64,000 nt of DNA, taken from assembly GCF_023055435.1 (NCBI RefSeq), contig NW_025964223.1:60388001-60452000 (forward strand). Reading direction: 5' to 3'. The stretch comes from Haliotis rufescens. Taxonomy: Eukaryota. The notes beneath the pieces were generated by a model, which was given only the letters and a program-made list of their open reading frames with translations, had not been told where the DNA came from and did not search any database. Shown in pieces: positions 38,656 to 53,500 of the stretch (its first letter is position 1; the number at the start of each line of letters is the position of its first letter). The position numbers and the translations under genes are program-made.

Positions 38656-40148
38656 TTGTTAATTGAGTTAGTTACACCGCCCCTCTTTTAGGGCGTCTCG
38701 CTCTGTCAATGAATTTGTTGTAATCAAACATTGATCAGACGAATGACCAAATATTATGATTTCAATCACTTGATTGTCAGGGCCAGACTCGATTATTTAC
38801 AGACCTCCATGATGTAGGTGGAATGCTGCTTAGTGCAACAAACAAGTCATATGAAGCCTAGTTACTTTTCCCGCTAGTACAGATTTACAATAGTTGCAGA
38901 ACTAAGTTCGCGTTGTGCTTGTGAGACCTGGGGCCAAAGGTCACGAGATAGAAAAGACTAAGAATACATGTAGTTTGTCATTAGACATCCTCTAAAGGTT
39001 GGGATACATTTGTCATTAACTTGGTTAATATCTCCTGTTTTGAAAAGTTGTAGATAAATCAAAGGTCAAGGTCAGCATTCTGTTTATTGTACTGAATCTT
39101 GTTGTTTACGTTTTTTTTTAACAAATCTGACCGTATAACAGGTCAGCCGCAGTTTTTATACTAAAGGTCAAGGTCACCTGAGTTAATTGTGAAATGCAGT
39201 CGTAATATTCTTCCTCTTGAATACAACGCAAATAATATTGGCATTAGAGGATTTATGCAATGGACTTATTCTTCATGAACCTGTGTGATTGTTTTGCCAC
39301 ATTTTGATAAGGTCAAGGTCATGAGATAGAAACATTTCACTCACACCTTTGTGGTTACTCTTTCTAAAGAAAATAGCTAACACAAACATCTCAAAACATA
39401 TGGTGCTATCACTATGCTGTTGTTTTCTGGTCACATTCCAAACATACCTAGTCTAATGTGAGCCCTTGTAATTGTGACAAGGTACAAGGGTGGTAAGTCA
39501 AACCAAACCCTCAGTGAGTAAGTGAGTGATTTTACGCCACTTTTATCAATATTCCAGGAATATCATGGTGGGGGGACACCAGGAATAGGCTTCAACATTG
39601 TACCCATGTTGGGAATCGAACCCAGGTCTTTGGTGTGACGAACCAATGCTTTAACCACAAGGCTACCCGACCGCCCCCAAAACCTCAGTAGTTGATATTG
39701 GCAGTATAGACTCTTGTACATTAATTAACTTCATCCACATCAAATTGCAGTTCCTCTCAGGTGATCCTCTATAAAATATATGAAAACACTCAAGCCCTTG
39801 TGACCACCAATAATATTCACCCAAGGTTCTTCTCCGTCTCGCCAATTCCTCTGACCCTCCAACAGTGGACAGTACCAATTGCCTCCTTTCTGCAGCCTGA
39901 ACCTCCCAAGACTGCCCCCTTCTTCTTCATTTTTTATTTCTACTCAGAACAGCTTTCTTATTAAATAAGCTTCTTGGTTATTCTCCAGGTATTTCCTCTT
40001 CATCTAGCTGCTGCTGCACATGCCCCTTATTCATCACACTGCAGGGCAGTTATCTCTCTCAACATGAAGGAGCAATGGGGTAGCCCAGTGGTTAACGTAT
40101 CTGCTTGTCACACTGGGTTCGATTCCCAACATGGGTACAATGTGTGAT

Positions 40149-40332
40149 GACATTGCCATCTTCCCGAGGCAAGGGAGTTAACTGACTATAAAAGACCAGG
40201 CCAGTTTCCACCCTTCCGAAATAGGCTGGAATTATGAAGTTATACTTTGGCAGGACTAACTAGTCTATGCATAGTCCTATCAAAATCATGTACCGAAATC
40301 GACATCCAGTTAACTCCCTTGCCTCGGGAAGA
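40149..40332. mobile_element. MITE with ~26-bp perfect TIRs
   Basis: TCTTCCCGAGGCAAGGGAGTTAACTG/CAGTTAACTCCCTTGCCTCGGGAAGA; the interior resembles the reverse complement of ~1750-1810. Confidence 0.7.
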
Positions 40333-41367
40333 CGGGTTATTGCATGAAACCATAATCCCTCACTTGGTCAAAATAAATTAAATCGAGGAAACAAAAACTA
40401 TTTGATATACTTTATTTGCAATATATATACTAAAATTAAAATGCTCACAAAAACTTCAAGTCTTTCACATGGTCTTACACTTAAATGTAAGAGAGTAATA
40501 ATAATCTAATTCATAATTTACAAAAGTCAGACAACTGTCTCGACTTAGAAACCACAACAAAACCGAACAGAAAAAAGCATCCTGAAAAATTACAGTCTCT
40601 CTCACAGTCACACATCCTTCATCCAGCTCCCCAAGCTCCAGTCTGTTTACAGGGAAAGCTGTCCGTATCATGCAAACAATCTTTGTACAAGTGAGTTATT
40701 AACTTATTTGTGCGCTGACAGTACAGAGATCACCCACAATCTTCCTTCCCTACATCTGGCCAGGAGACTCAGCATGACTCTCAGAGGAATAACTGTTTAC
40801 CCCTGCACCAGAGTAGGGCATTCATTCGGTATAATATATATATTTAATTCATGATGCCATACAGTAGAAAGGAAAGTAATATGTAATACATTCTTGGTAC
40901 ATTCTTTGTAAGTCTCTTCCTAAAATAGTACACGATTCAAAAAGAGTATCAGAAAAATCAGAAGTAAATGATTGAAATCTACATCATGTATGATTGTGTT
41001 CATATAATACACTACATGTTCAAAAGTAAATAGACTATATACATGAGATTTCATTTTTCAGATTTTTTTAATTGTTTTTTTTTTCAATATCAATAATCAA
41101 TTCTAATTTGACAAAGGTTTGAAGCAGGATTCTTATAACATACAAAACAACTTAAGACTTCCCAAGCTCTCAAGTATTTACTGGTCACCATACAATCTTT
41201 TCAGAGACTCTACAATTAAACAAGGAAGAATTCTCTGCAATTAAACAAGGAAGAATATTATTCTCTGTGTAAAGTTGACATCAAAAAGAGGCTAAACTTC
41301 AGCCCAAACAATGTTTCAAGGGCACTCATTTATGACACACATGACAACAACTGGATTGGTGTGGAGC

Positions 41368-44300
41368 TCAGTTGGTAGCAGCTGCCTTCTCCCCATCAGG
41401 GGAGTTCTTCACCTTGTAGTCATTTAAGGCAGCCTTGATAGCATCTTCCGCCAACACTAAAATATGAACACATTTCAGTCAGTAAAAGAGTGGACTATCA
41501 TCTATCTGGAGTTAGCCGCCTCACATTATGCAACAAAAACAATATGCAACCAAACTTTGTCCTATAAGATTCAGTCTGAGTGACACTGCAATATCAAATT
41601 CAACATCTTCAACACAAGCGTCATCAGAAGATGACAGATCCCCCGGCTCCCCAAAATTCGGAAGAACAAATCATCTGACTGTTACTTTAAGTCTAATTTC
41701 TATCTAACCTATCCGTAAACAAGAGTAGTTATTAAGCTAACAAAACAATACCTTGGAATTGGGATTTGGAACTTTGTAATTTTATGTCAGGTACACGCCA
41801 CTATGAACTAAATTTCTAAGAATCCCTAAATAGCAAAAGGCACCAGTTGACAACCTGGTCTTGTGTGCGCACAGTTTCAAGCAAGTGTACCTGTTAGTAT
41901 AAGAGATACAGTCCACACAAACACACCACTATGATCAGAGTCTAAGTCAAACTCGTTGTCATGGAAACAAGAATTATTTTTTTTAAACTTCCTCAATAGC
42001 AAAAGGCACCACTTCAGGATCTGTATGACATATCTGCCAAGTTATATTGAAAGATATTTAACGTTTTTTTAGTTGCAATAATAACAATCAGAACAAATTT
42101 ATGAAGGGAAATAACCTACTAGAGCAGTGCAGCTTGACTGGTGGAAGAGACAGTTCCTTAGCAATGTCTGTGTTCCTGATTTTCAAAGCTTGATCCAACT
42201 GCAAAAAAATGTGATGGGTACACAAGGGATATTAGGGATACTGATATGAGAAAAGCACATTATTTGTATCTAGGTTGGTGTTCAAGAACTAGTTCAGGGT
42301 CAGGGTCCTTTGGAACAGAATAGGTACAAAAAATGTCAAGCCCAGTGACAATATTTTCACGTAATGACAGCAGTAGCACAATGATAACACTCTTGTCCAT
42401 TAAAACACCAATATCTTCATTCTTGACAACATGGACAAAGCTTCAGTTGGCAACTTACAGTTTTCCCTTTGATCCACTCTGTAGCAAGAGAGCTGGAAGC
42501 TATCGCTGATCCACATCCGAAAGTCTTAAACTTAGCCTCAACAATCTTGCCATCATCATCAACCTTGATCTGCAAACACAGAAAGTCATGTGAAACATAT
42601 TCAAACAGTACAACAGTTATTGTGAAGTTGATGGAGTAAAGAGAGTTTGTTACACACTATGTCTGTCAACAGTAAGCATACAAGTTTACAATTCAATAAC
42701 CAATGTGACAATGAAAGTTTGAAACTTGCCATGTTACCATGGTTACATAACCAAATTCCATCACCAAAGTGAATGAATAGAGAGTAAGGACAAACAAAAC
42801 CTAAACTAAACAAGAAGAGTAAGTCATCTATATCTCCCTCACATTGTCCAATCTTACAGACAATGATCTGTACAATCAAATGTGACAGTGTAAATTATCG
42901 GTTTGTCCACCTGCATGTCTATCATGGTCTATGTCTAGATCAGAGCAATTGTGTAACAGGGGGTTTCAAATGTGAAAAGATTATTGTTCTCTTATTGTTA
43001 TGGCCTTGTAGTGAGTGAGTTGGGTTTAACGCCGCTTTTAACATTATTCCAGTTATATCACGGCGTGTCAGCTTAATGTGGGAGGAAAGTCAAAAGTGAT
43101 GCAGGTCTCAGACGTTTACCACTTCGGTGAAACCCACGAGCACAGGTATGGTGCTCACAAACCTAGAAACATAATCGGGGCGAACCAGGATTCGAACCGA
43201 CAATCATAGGTTTTTGGCGTGCCCAAGGGATGCAACTCTGCACAGTGAACCCGTGCCCCCTGTTATGGCCTTGTATGGATCTCAAGAGAAATTGGTGATG
43301 AATCTTACTTTTAAATAACTTTGTATAAAGATTAAGAGATTGTAATCAGCAAGACTGGTATTCAAACGTTGGTGAATCTGTAAATTGAGTATTCATGAAA
43401 TAACTGAAGATAAGTACCACTTTATATTGGTTTGCCCACATTTCACTGCCTAAAGATCAAAGTATATACCTAAATTTATTGGACTTACCCTAACATGAGT
43501 AAACTAGAGATGTTATTATCTTGTAATGTGAAAAATATCTTAATGAACAGCAACAAGTTTGTGAAAGAAGCTCTTGTATTATGAAATGTCAAATTGTTAA
43601 ATTAACGTATTCACTATATCATGCTATATGGTGAATGTGTGTACCAAGTTTCATAAACATTTTTCGAATAGTTTTTTAGTTCTGCTCCGGAAATATAACC
43701 CACTGCTTCCATTCAGTTCAGAGACTAAGTCAAAATTTAAAAAAATTATGTAAAACATATTACAAATGCAGAGGGAACCTAAAAAACAAAAGACACATCT
43801 ACACCGAATGGTGAATGTGTGTACCAAGCTTCGTAAAGTTTCTCTTTAGGTTTCCGAGTTCTGCTCTGGAAATGAAACGTTTCTATATCCACCCCCAACT
43901 TTGTTGGGGCCGGGGATATTAAACAAGGGCTTCAGACCTCAAGCACATTCATATAACATGTCCTCCTAACATGCTTGGATATGTGTACATGATAATATGT
44001 GAATGTCTGAACCAATGACACATATCTTGGCACATAGATTTTGAATAGCTTCGACACCTACTCCTGATTGATTTGCAAATGCAGAGCTCTAGATAACGTT
44101 TCGAGCAATTGAGGTTTTACCCTAGGGTTTCTATCTTATTTGGGTTATTACATTTTTCATCGGGTAACCAATATTTTTTCACTCATCTATTCATCACTCT
44201 ATTGAGTTTTTCGCAAAATTAGTGAACATTTTAAGATTTAAAAAAAGGAAATAATGTTTTAGATGTATATAACTGTTCTAAATATATAGGCTGACTCAGA

Positions 44301-46772
44301 AAGTAAATTAGCTCGTAATAGTGTTTCTGAATTAGCTTCTTTGTACGCATCCTGAAAAAGCTTCATTGGGTATTTACGCATGCTGTTTTTATACATTTGA
44401 GTTTTTCATTTAATGCATGCGTTTCTGTACACCAGTTAATTGAAAGTAATTGGGTTTTGAATATTTTGGGGGGGGTATTTTGTGCAAATACGCTTCTTAT
44501 CTGTAGCTCTGCAAATGCATCTTGGAAAGGCAACCTCAGTTGATAATACTTGATGTGTGAAATATTCAGGTGTGTTGTCAAGGATTACGAAAGTGTTATT
44601 AACATACCTGCAGTTTCATTACATCACCGCATGCTGGGGCTCCAACTAGGCCTGTTCCAACCTTCTTGTCAGCCTTATCCAAAGACCCGACATTTCTCGG
44701 ATTCTCATAGTGGTCAATCACCTACAAATATAGATTGTGCTTGTCAGGATCAAAATCACTCTGGACTTTCACACCAAACTAACAAGAGCTATTTTCCATT
44801 GTTAATCAGGATACTGAGAAACTCTTAGTCTTATGTGTATGGGAAACGACATATAACGTTTGATGAAGACAACTTGACAACTGACTCTTGTCTGAGGAAT
44901 GGAGCTATGGTACAAGTCAAAATGGCCACATATGAAGAGTGTGTGCCAAAATAGTCATCAAAACATCAAAGTGTCCATGAGTGAGTGAGTAAGTATTAGG
45001 GATGTCATGACACAGGTGTCACACGATACGATACATATCATGATACAGAACCTCAAACATGCATATATCACATTTTGTCCAGAAAACCCTGTCATTAGAC
45101 TTTAAACATGGTACATAGATTCACTCATAAAGGTAAAAAAGGACAACTGACAACTGACTAATACCCATCAACTTGACACTGAGTCAAGTCAGCTATTCTG
45201 TATGAGAAAAATAACAAGAAACAAACAAGTTTACATACTGTATTATGGTTTCGCATCCGAAAGACGACCATGAAAGATGAGGATTTAATAATATAGTTTG
45301 TACTTGCTTAATGATATCGATGCAAGATCAACATGGGACAATCCATATATGGGGTTAAAAGTGAATCAATGCCAAGTTAAGTGTATCGGTAATCGTATCG
45401 TGCAAAGTTTGCAGACAATGCACCAGTGTACTAGTGAATTGTGACATCACGATGTGGTATACTTATAATCCGTTTTTTAGCAACACTCCTCAATATCACA
45501 GGTGGACACCAGAAATAGGTTTCCCAACCTGCACCCACGTGGTTAATCAAATCCAGGCATTCAATGTTATGGGAGAATACCTTGAACACTTTGCTACCAG
45601 ACACCATTAATTAATTTACTTCCATATATTGGATATTGTTGAATAAATATTACATGTGAAAAAATAAACAAAAGAAGAAATAGTGTTTAAGTCTAAAGTC
45701 CTGCAACCTCAGCTCATAGATTTCAATGTCTATGATTTGTTTTCATATGTAGTCAATTCTTAGATGAAAGTAAAACTATGTACGGTAAGTGTCAAATATC
45801 TCACACCATTTCTCCACGAGGGATAATCCACACTTCCAAGTTTTGAGTAGGTTATTCTGTGTTAATCCTTATAATTTTATGAAGGTGTAAACAGAAAAAT
45901 CATTGAACGTCAACCCTACAGAGAAACTTAGGCGAAGTCATCCTATTGTTAATAAACCATATCATACAATAAATTACTGACATTATGAACAAATGGGCAA
46001 AGTCATATGAAACTGTTCTCAACAGTGAAGCAATGTTGTATCACATTCTTTAAAGTTCAACTGACGAATCAACATGGAGAATTTTTAAACATGCTGAAAT
46101 ACATGTGCAGATAGATGAAATTTACTACACTCAATCTTTCCACATTTATGCATATTTGTTGATACATACACCCTAGTTCCAAATACATCTTTTACATCAC
46201 CGATATGTGCAACAAATATTTCAATTGAAAATGGATCTGTCAAAAGTTTGAACCTGTAAACACGTCTCTATTAAAATGTTACAGCAGGAGAATCGTACAA
46301 TGTACTAGCGACCAGTAGGGCCTAGAGGGTTGACAGCAAAAGCAGTGCAGTACACTGGTGCAATTTTGCAGTTAGTCTACACTACAGGATGATGAAATTT
46401 ATAGATATTCTCTGAATCAACTGATCCTTTCACATCAATTTTGATTAGTTCTAAGATTAAATCGGGGGTATTGGCTAATGCTTAGGACAGTTGTCACATC
46501 GAAACTGAATGGTAACTGTATTTAACCGTTTGATTAGCCCAAGACGGAGTAGATGAAGATCAAGCGGACATAGGACAAGTTACATAACGACGTTTCTTTG
46601 CACATAAATTACGATTGTAAGCCACATGCATCTTCCATCAACTGATTGTGTAACCGTTTAAACTGTTATCAAAATCAGTTCTTACATTCTTATGATAAAG
46701 TGCAACTGGGGTGGCATCAAACACAGACTTCAACGAATTTCCCACACGAGACGTTACTCTGAACAGCGCCAT
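41368..46772 (-). CDS. ISCU: Mitochondrial iron-sulfur cluster scaffold ISCU; exons 46772..46686, 44721..44608, 42569..42459, 42198..42120, 41456..41368
   Basis: Presequence-like N-terminus, [63 protein letters not shown]; three conserved Cys; GT-AG introns keep frame. Confidence 0.97.
43011..43260 (-). mobile_element. SINE-like family 4 (copies at ~8130-8370, 10320-10680, 53365-53645, 53782-54083)
   Basis: Shared body, (ACTC)n tail, TSD TGTTATGGCCTTGTA. Confidence 0.8.
44081..44512. mobile_element. MITE (~430 bp) in ISCU intron 2
   Basis: TIR GCAGAGCTCTAGATAA/TTATCTGTAGCTCTGC; second copy at 26266..26700. Confidence 0.75.
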
Positions 46773-47544
46773 GTTGTTAAGCTGGTTCTCGGCTACCTAT
46801 GCGCGCTGTCAACTTGCGCTAAGCTCATATTGCGGTATGAGAGACGGGGCCCAGCTTATCTTGTTAGCAGGGGAGAAATGTGTACATTGTTTCAAATCGA
46901 ACTTCGTAGAATAGGACATTATATTTTTTTATACAAACAATCCGAACCATAATTCCTATATTTTATTTATTTATGCATTAATTTATTTATGTATGCATTT
47001 ATGCGTTACGTTTTCCGAAAAGGCAGTAATATGATATTGTGTTAAAAGTTGAAATGAATTTAGTTACGGAAATCCTTCTAACAAAAGTTTACTTCCTTAC
47101 TGGTATTATTTCCAAGAAGGTGGTTCTTTTATTTACAGAAACATACAGTGACACTATGACCATAGTTAAGTATATAAATATTGCCACATTAAGATATAAC
47201 TTGCAATGCTCAATACTCATTGTACGTGATTAATATATTTCACATTTTGATACCGCATGTCAAATAACAACAAAACAAGTGACAAGCACGTGTAGTCCTG
47301 TTGACACAGGCGAAGATTTTCTTGTGTTTCTATTTATTAGATGTTTACTGCACGACACCAAAATAGTCCAGGGTGCTCGTTTCTCTGACTGCATGCAGAT
47401 GACAAGTCTGTCAAGTGAATGCGTGTGATCGTGTGATCAAGTTAAAACAGATTCAGGAAGTTGACAGTGACACTTTACACATCACGTTATGTGTTTGTAA
47501 ATGGACATGTCGTTGGTGTAATCTTATCTACATAAACTTGCATC
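46773..47544. promoter_or_regulatory. Probable bidirectional promoter between ISCU and PRKN
   Basis: Divergent start codons with 772 bp between them and no recognisable SINE in the interval. Confidence 0.55.
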
Positions 47545-50500
47545 ATGATTACCGTGAATGTGAAATTTCACAGCAACTGTGCAGTCCTTGTTGAAATTAA
47601 CCCAAACAGCAGTTTACCTGAAATCAAACGTGAAATATCAAAGAAGGTCAATTTGCCACTGGAAGAAATCAGGATTATTCTTGGTGGAAAATTGCTGACA
47701 GATGATTGTGTGTTTCAAGTAAGCATCCTTTCTTATACTTTTATTGTTTCAATAACATGTCTTCACTTTTCACAGCCATGGGTGAAGTAACACACACGTA
47801 CACACACACACCCACACATACTGCACTCTACCATTTATTAACGGGACAGGACCATTCTGAAGTTATGTTTGTAAACAAGTTAAACAACAGCTGATAGCCC
47901 CCGAGCTTGCTCTGCTCCGCTCGCCCTCCTCCAATGACCACACCACCATAATTTGGGGCCATTTCCTCCAAATTGTATGTGGCCGTTTTAGCAAGGGGCC
48001 TTTTCCCTATAACCTGTTATGAAGCACAAGACTCAACTGAAGTATTTTTATGTACCCTTATATATCGTTATCTCATTTTTGTGTTTGTATTATTAGGTCA
48101 TCTGAACATTCAGGGCCTATTTAGCTGAAACCTTGCCAGGATCATCAAGTTATTTTGTCTCCACGACGTTCTCACGCCAAAATTCCAATCTGAATATAAA
48201 CATGGCTACCACACTCGCCATATCAAAAACTTCATATCTGCCGTATTAGTTTTTTGGCATATAAATATTTTGTGTATCATTTTGACTGTGTACCATTTGC
48301 CTTCTCATGCCCCTGGTTATCTGGACAAGGTACATTCTTCACATCTCCTTTGAAATGGCCATGTCTCTAATTTGTGCTCATTGAATTCCAATCCAATTTG
48401 GAAAATAATTTAGTAGTTATTCTTTTATTTAAGAAATAAGCTATGAGTGGGAGTTGTTTGTCGTACAATAAAACACTTCGGAAGAAAAAAACACTCGGCG
48501 CAGTCAGGGCGCACACGGTTTGAATAATGACGATCCCAATGAATACAATCTGCAATGAAAAACTCGGCAATCAGGCAATGTCAAACTAGTCCATTTTATG
48601 ATCAGGGTGGTCAAGTTTGGTATTTCCACGATATTCTCACAAATTTCACGTCGATTATCAGTATCTTTTCTCCCAATACTGATTGTTATATCTCTCCCAC
48701 TTTTGGATGCGATCTGGTTGGACTCTGGTTTTATGTTTTTTGGCTTTGGTTTGGTTTGTTGTTTAACTCCGCACTCAGCAATATTCCAGCTTTATGACGG
48801 CGGTTGGTAATAAACGAGGCTGGACCAGACAATCCAGTAATTGACATCATGAGCATCTATCCACACAATTGGGATCGATGACATGCATCAACCAAGTAAG
48901 CGAGCCTGACCACCCAATCCAGTTAGTTGCCTTTTACGACAAGCATAGTCGCCTTTTATGGCAAGCATGGGTTGCTGAAGACCTATTCTACCCCAGAATC
49001 TTCACGGGTCAATGTTATTTGGCAACAAGTTGATGAGTTTGTCAGTTTAAAGTGGAAGAGGATGCTATTGTTTAGTATCGTTACAGTAACTCATTAAGTT
49101 TAACTTTGGAGAATACATACAACATACATGTACAATACTTTGATCTATTGTTATTTAGTCACTATAATATTTTAAGACCTTTGTGACTGCCCCCGTGGTC
49201 TAGTGGTAGAGTGTCCACCAGGAGACTGGAGGCTCGTGGTTCGATCCTTGGCTGCATCATACTAAAAGATATTAAAATGTGGTACTTGTTGTTACCCTGC
49301 CTGGCGCTTGGCATTAAGGGGCTAAAACAAGGACTGGTCGGCTCGGAGTCAGTATACTGTGTCTTAGTGGGGTATTCATGTTAAGCTGCGGCATGGTATC
49401 TCAGTGGGCTAGAAATATGATATAGGCATTAGTCCAGACTAGTACAAGCAGCTACACATACACGTGTATGCACGTCACTATTTAAGTGCAATATCCTTGG
49501 ACGTGATGTTCTACTTCATGTCACCTCACCTTAAGACTTTTGTAGTTGTATCTCTCAATTTGTAATCAACCAAAGCTGGAGAAGTCACATTAATAGAAAT
49601 TATATTTTCATGTGGCTTTTGGCTTCAGTCAGTGGAATCCACGGACTAAAATATAAAAAAACAGTGTGTCTATCACATCGTGATGTCATGTTGATTTTAA
49701 TTAAAAAATGTTTTATCACTCAGGATTTGGATATTGGTGATCAAAGCACTCTTCACATCTTCCGACAGATTTCAGGGCGTGAAAAAACTCTAACATCAGA
49801 AGGTAAGATTTATATTTGTACTGTTGACATTTAACTGCAGTCACTTAACCAAGCAATTATTTGATCAACGGTTCAGCCCCTTGAGATTACGCAAGAGGAG
49901 TTGGTTCATGCCTACCGGTACATTAGCAATGATTAGGGACTGCATCAGGAACCTGCTTTGTGACTCAGGCTTGCCTAAACTACTTCCTTAAGTTACATTG
50001 CTGAAAGGATATTTGTACACTTGTAGAATACAGAAATTGCAGATTTTTCCACTTTTCATTATTTTTAGTTGGTGGAATCCATAAGCCAAATTTAAGAAAT
50101 GTAGTTTTTTCTTGCAGCAGGGTAATATTGTGTTTTATCTTACACTAAATACAGCAGGGTAACATATATAGAATACTAAACGAGCTCCCGTGTAATACCA
50201 ATGTTATGAAACTCGTGAATAGTTGTGGTATCTGACTCGCTTTCGCTCGTCAGATACCACAACTATTCACGAGTTTCATAACATTGGTTTTACACGAGAG
50301 CGAGTTTAGTATTTTATTTATTACTTGTCATTTATAAGGGTTTTAGAATTATACTGTTGAGTGTAAATAGGCTGACACCTACACGATCCATGGCATAATC
50401 CAATTGAGTTTAACAGAATAATACTTCAAACACGTCAAAAGTTGAAACGTATGAATTTAATATCATACAATGGTCCAACTTTAGAATTCAGGCGTTCGTC

Positions 50501-53500
50501 CCACAAAATTATCGTAGTGCTAAGGCTATCACAACTCACATAATTTAACTTAGACTAAAGACTCTCGTTGCGCTAGAGTACGATCACCTGGTGGAACGGG
50601 GCCTTGCAGCTCAAAGTTTACAATGACATCACAATACCCGATGACGTCATTTGTTGAATTTTGTTGCAAGATCCATCGGCGAAACAATGCCATGTGACGT
50701 CAGCCTAGCAACAAGGTTGCTGGGGTCATCGAGTGTGCATAAGCTCCTCCCAGTGATCTATCATCTCCACACACAATGTCGTTGAATACGCCAAGGGATG
50801 TTGAGAGCTTTCAATATTTGTTCGTGAAACGTGTTCCGAGAGTACATAAGCACGTGTTTTGGTATTACACAGTGTGTAATAAAGCTGTATCTTCACGGGC
50901 AAGTAATAAAGTGTTTTTTCTTGCAGCATGGTAATATTGTGTTTTATCTTGCAGCAGGGTAATATTGTGTTTTTTCTTGCAACAGGGTAATATTGTGTTT
51001 TTCTTGCAGCAGGGTAATATTGTGTTTTATCTTACAACAGGGTAAAATAGTGTTTTTTCTTGCAGCAGGGTAATATTGTGTTTTATCTTGCAGCAGGGTA
51101 ATATTGTGTTTTATCTTGCAGCAGGGTAATATTGTGTTTTATCTTACAGCAGGGTAATATAGTGTTTTATCTTGCAGCATGGTAATATTGTGTTTTTTCT
51201 TGCAGCAGGGTAATATAGTGTTTTATCTTGCAGCATGGTAATATTGTGTTTTTTCTTGCAGCAGGGTAATATAGTGTTTTATCTTGCAACAGGGTAATAT
51301 TGTGTTTTATCTTGCAGCAGGGTAATATTGTGTTTTATCTTACAGCATGGTAATATTGTGTTTTATCTTACAGCAGGGTAATATAGTGTTTTATCTTGCA
51401 GCAGGGTAATATTGTGTTTTATCTTGCAGCAGGGTAATATTGTGTTTTATCTTACAGCAGGGTAATATAGTGTTTTTATCTTGCAGCAGGTGAGGGGAGT
51501 GAGCTGAAAAACCAGTACTACGTATACTGTAAGGAATGTCAGTCTATACAGCCGGGCAAGCTTAGAGTCAAGTGTGCTGTGTGCAAGGATGGGGCCTTTG
51601 TTCTGAGCAGGGTTAGTATGGCATTTGTATATTCTAGGCCTAAAAAAATTACTTAGTGGCATGGCTCCTGTTACCTCTCATTTGAGGATTTCAGGTTAGA
51701 ATTTATCCGCAGCAATCCAAGCTGGTCTTGAAATGTGTCTGAATGAATTGGGGAGGTAGTGACTTGGTGTGTCCTTGTACCCAAACAGTGTTGATCATTT
51801 ATCACATATTGTCCTGATTCGATTATTATATATAAGATAGCTACGTGATAAACAGGATAAATCGCAAAGAACAATGAAGAATGAAGCATGGTTCATTTCA
51901 CAATAAAACATTGTTCTCATGATGTTATTTCTGGTGATTTGAATAAGTGCTCACAACTTGATGACATCATATATTGGTTGTCGTTATTTTTTTACAGAAA
52001 AGTGTCTAGTAAGTTGTTCCCCATAGTGGTAGCTGGGCTACGCAGATAAACACAGTGACCGAATGATCTCATCCAAGAGTGGGAGAGATGTGACAAACGG
52101 TATTAGGGGTAAAGGTACTGACAATCGATATGAGAATTGTGAGAATATACGGGAATTACCAAACTTAACCCATCTGTTCGTAAAATGGACTTGTCTGACA
52201 TTTCCGAGGTCGGATTCTGTTCAGGGTGTCATCATTATTGAAATTTTGGTAAATATTTCTAAAATTTGTACATTTTATCAACATCCTTGAAGAGGCTGTA
52301 CACAATGTTGATATCTCATGTAAGAAATAAACGATTCACAGTTGTTTATCGTACAATAGGTGAGGTGAGGTAAAATTGGGTTTCACGTTGTGTCCAAGAT
52401 TATTGCACTTATATAGCGACGTGTATGCACGGGTGTGTGTGTCTGTGGCTGCTTGTACTAGACCGGACTGATGCCAATTTATAGTGCTAGCTCACTGAGA
52501 TACCATGCCGCAGTTTAACATGAATACCCCACTCAGACACAGTATACTGACTCCGAGCCGACCAGTCCTTGTTTTAGCCCCTTAATGCCTAGCGCCAGAC
52601 AGGGTTTCAACAAGTATAATCTTTTTACGTCTTTTGGTATGACGTGGCCGGGGATCAAACCCCGGACCTTCCGCTCTCCGGGCGGACGCTCTACCACTTG
52701 ACCACGGAGGTAGTCTTATCGTACAATAAAACACGGCTGGGAGAATAAACCACTCGGGGCTGCACAACTCATGGTTTGTTCTCCCTGCAGTGTTTTATTG
52801 TACAATAAACAACTCTCACTCGTCAATTATTTCTTAATTCCACTGTCATTTTGTATTCTTTTTCTGAAATTCAGACTAATTTTGTTGTTGTTGACAGAAC
52901 AGGGTTAAATATGTATAGGCTCAGTGCTAAAAATCCTGAACTATTAATAGCAAGTTTGTTCCATTCATTTTGATGTAGACTGCACTGTATTGCAGGACCC
53001 TGAGGGCTGGAGCGATGTGCTGCAGTCAAGGAGCATGGGTGGGGAGTGTAAGAATGGCAGCTGTGAAGCGACTGCTGCAGTAAGTGGATTCCAGAGAGAT
53101 ATTCCTCCCAGATTTAGCATCACATGACATGACAGGGAGCAGACTATTACAAAGCCTTGTAGAAGTTGAGGTCATTACAATCAAATTTGGTAGGTTCAGT
53201 GAGTGAGTGAGTTGGGTTTAACGCCGCTTTTTCCAGTATCCCAGTTATATCACGGCACGCAACAATGGCATCATTAGTCATACAGAGACAAAATTTATTC
53301 AAACAACACTGCAAAACAACAGCTTGGTTGAGAAATGTTGTCTGGTCTTTTCATTGTATACAAGGGGGCATGGGTCGCCCTGTCGTCTAAGGAGCCGCGA
53401 TTCGCTGTGCAGAGTTGCGTCCCTTGGACACGCCAGAAACCTATGATTGTGGGTTCGAATCCCGGTTCACCTGGATTATGTTTCTAGGTTTGTCAGCACC

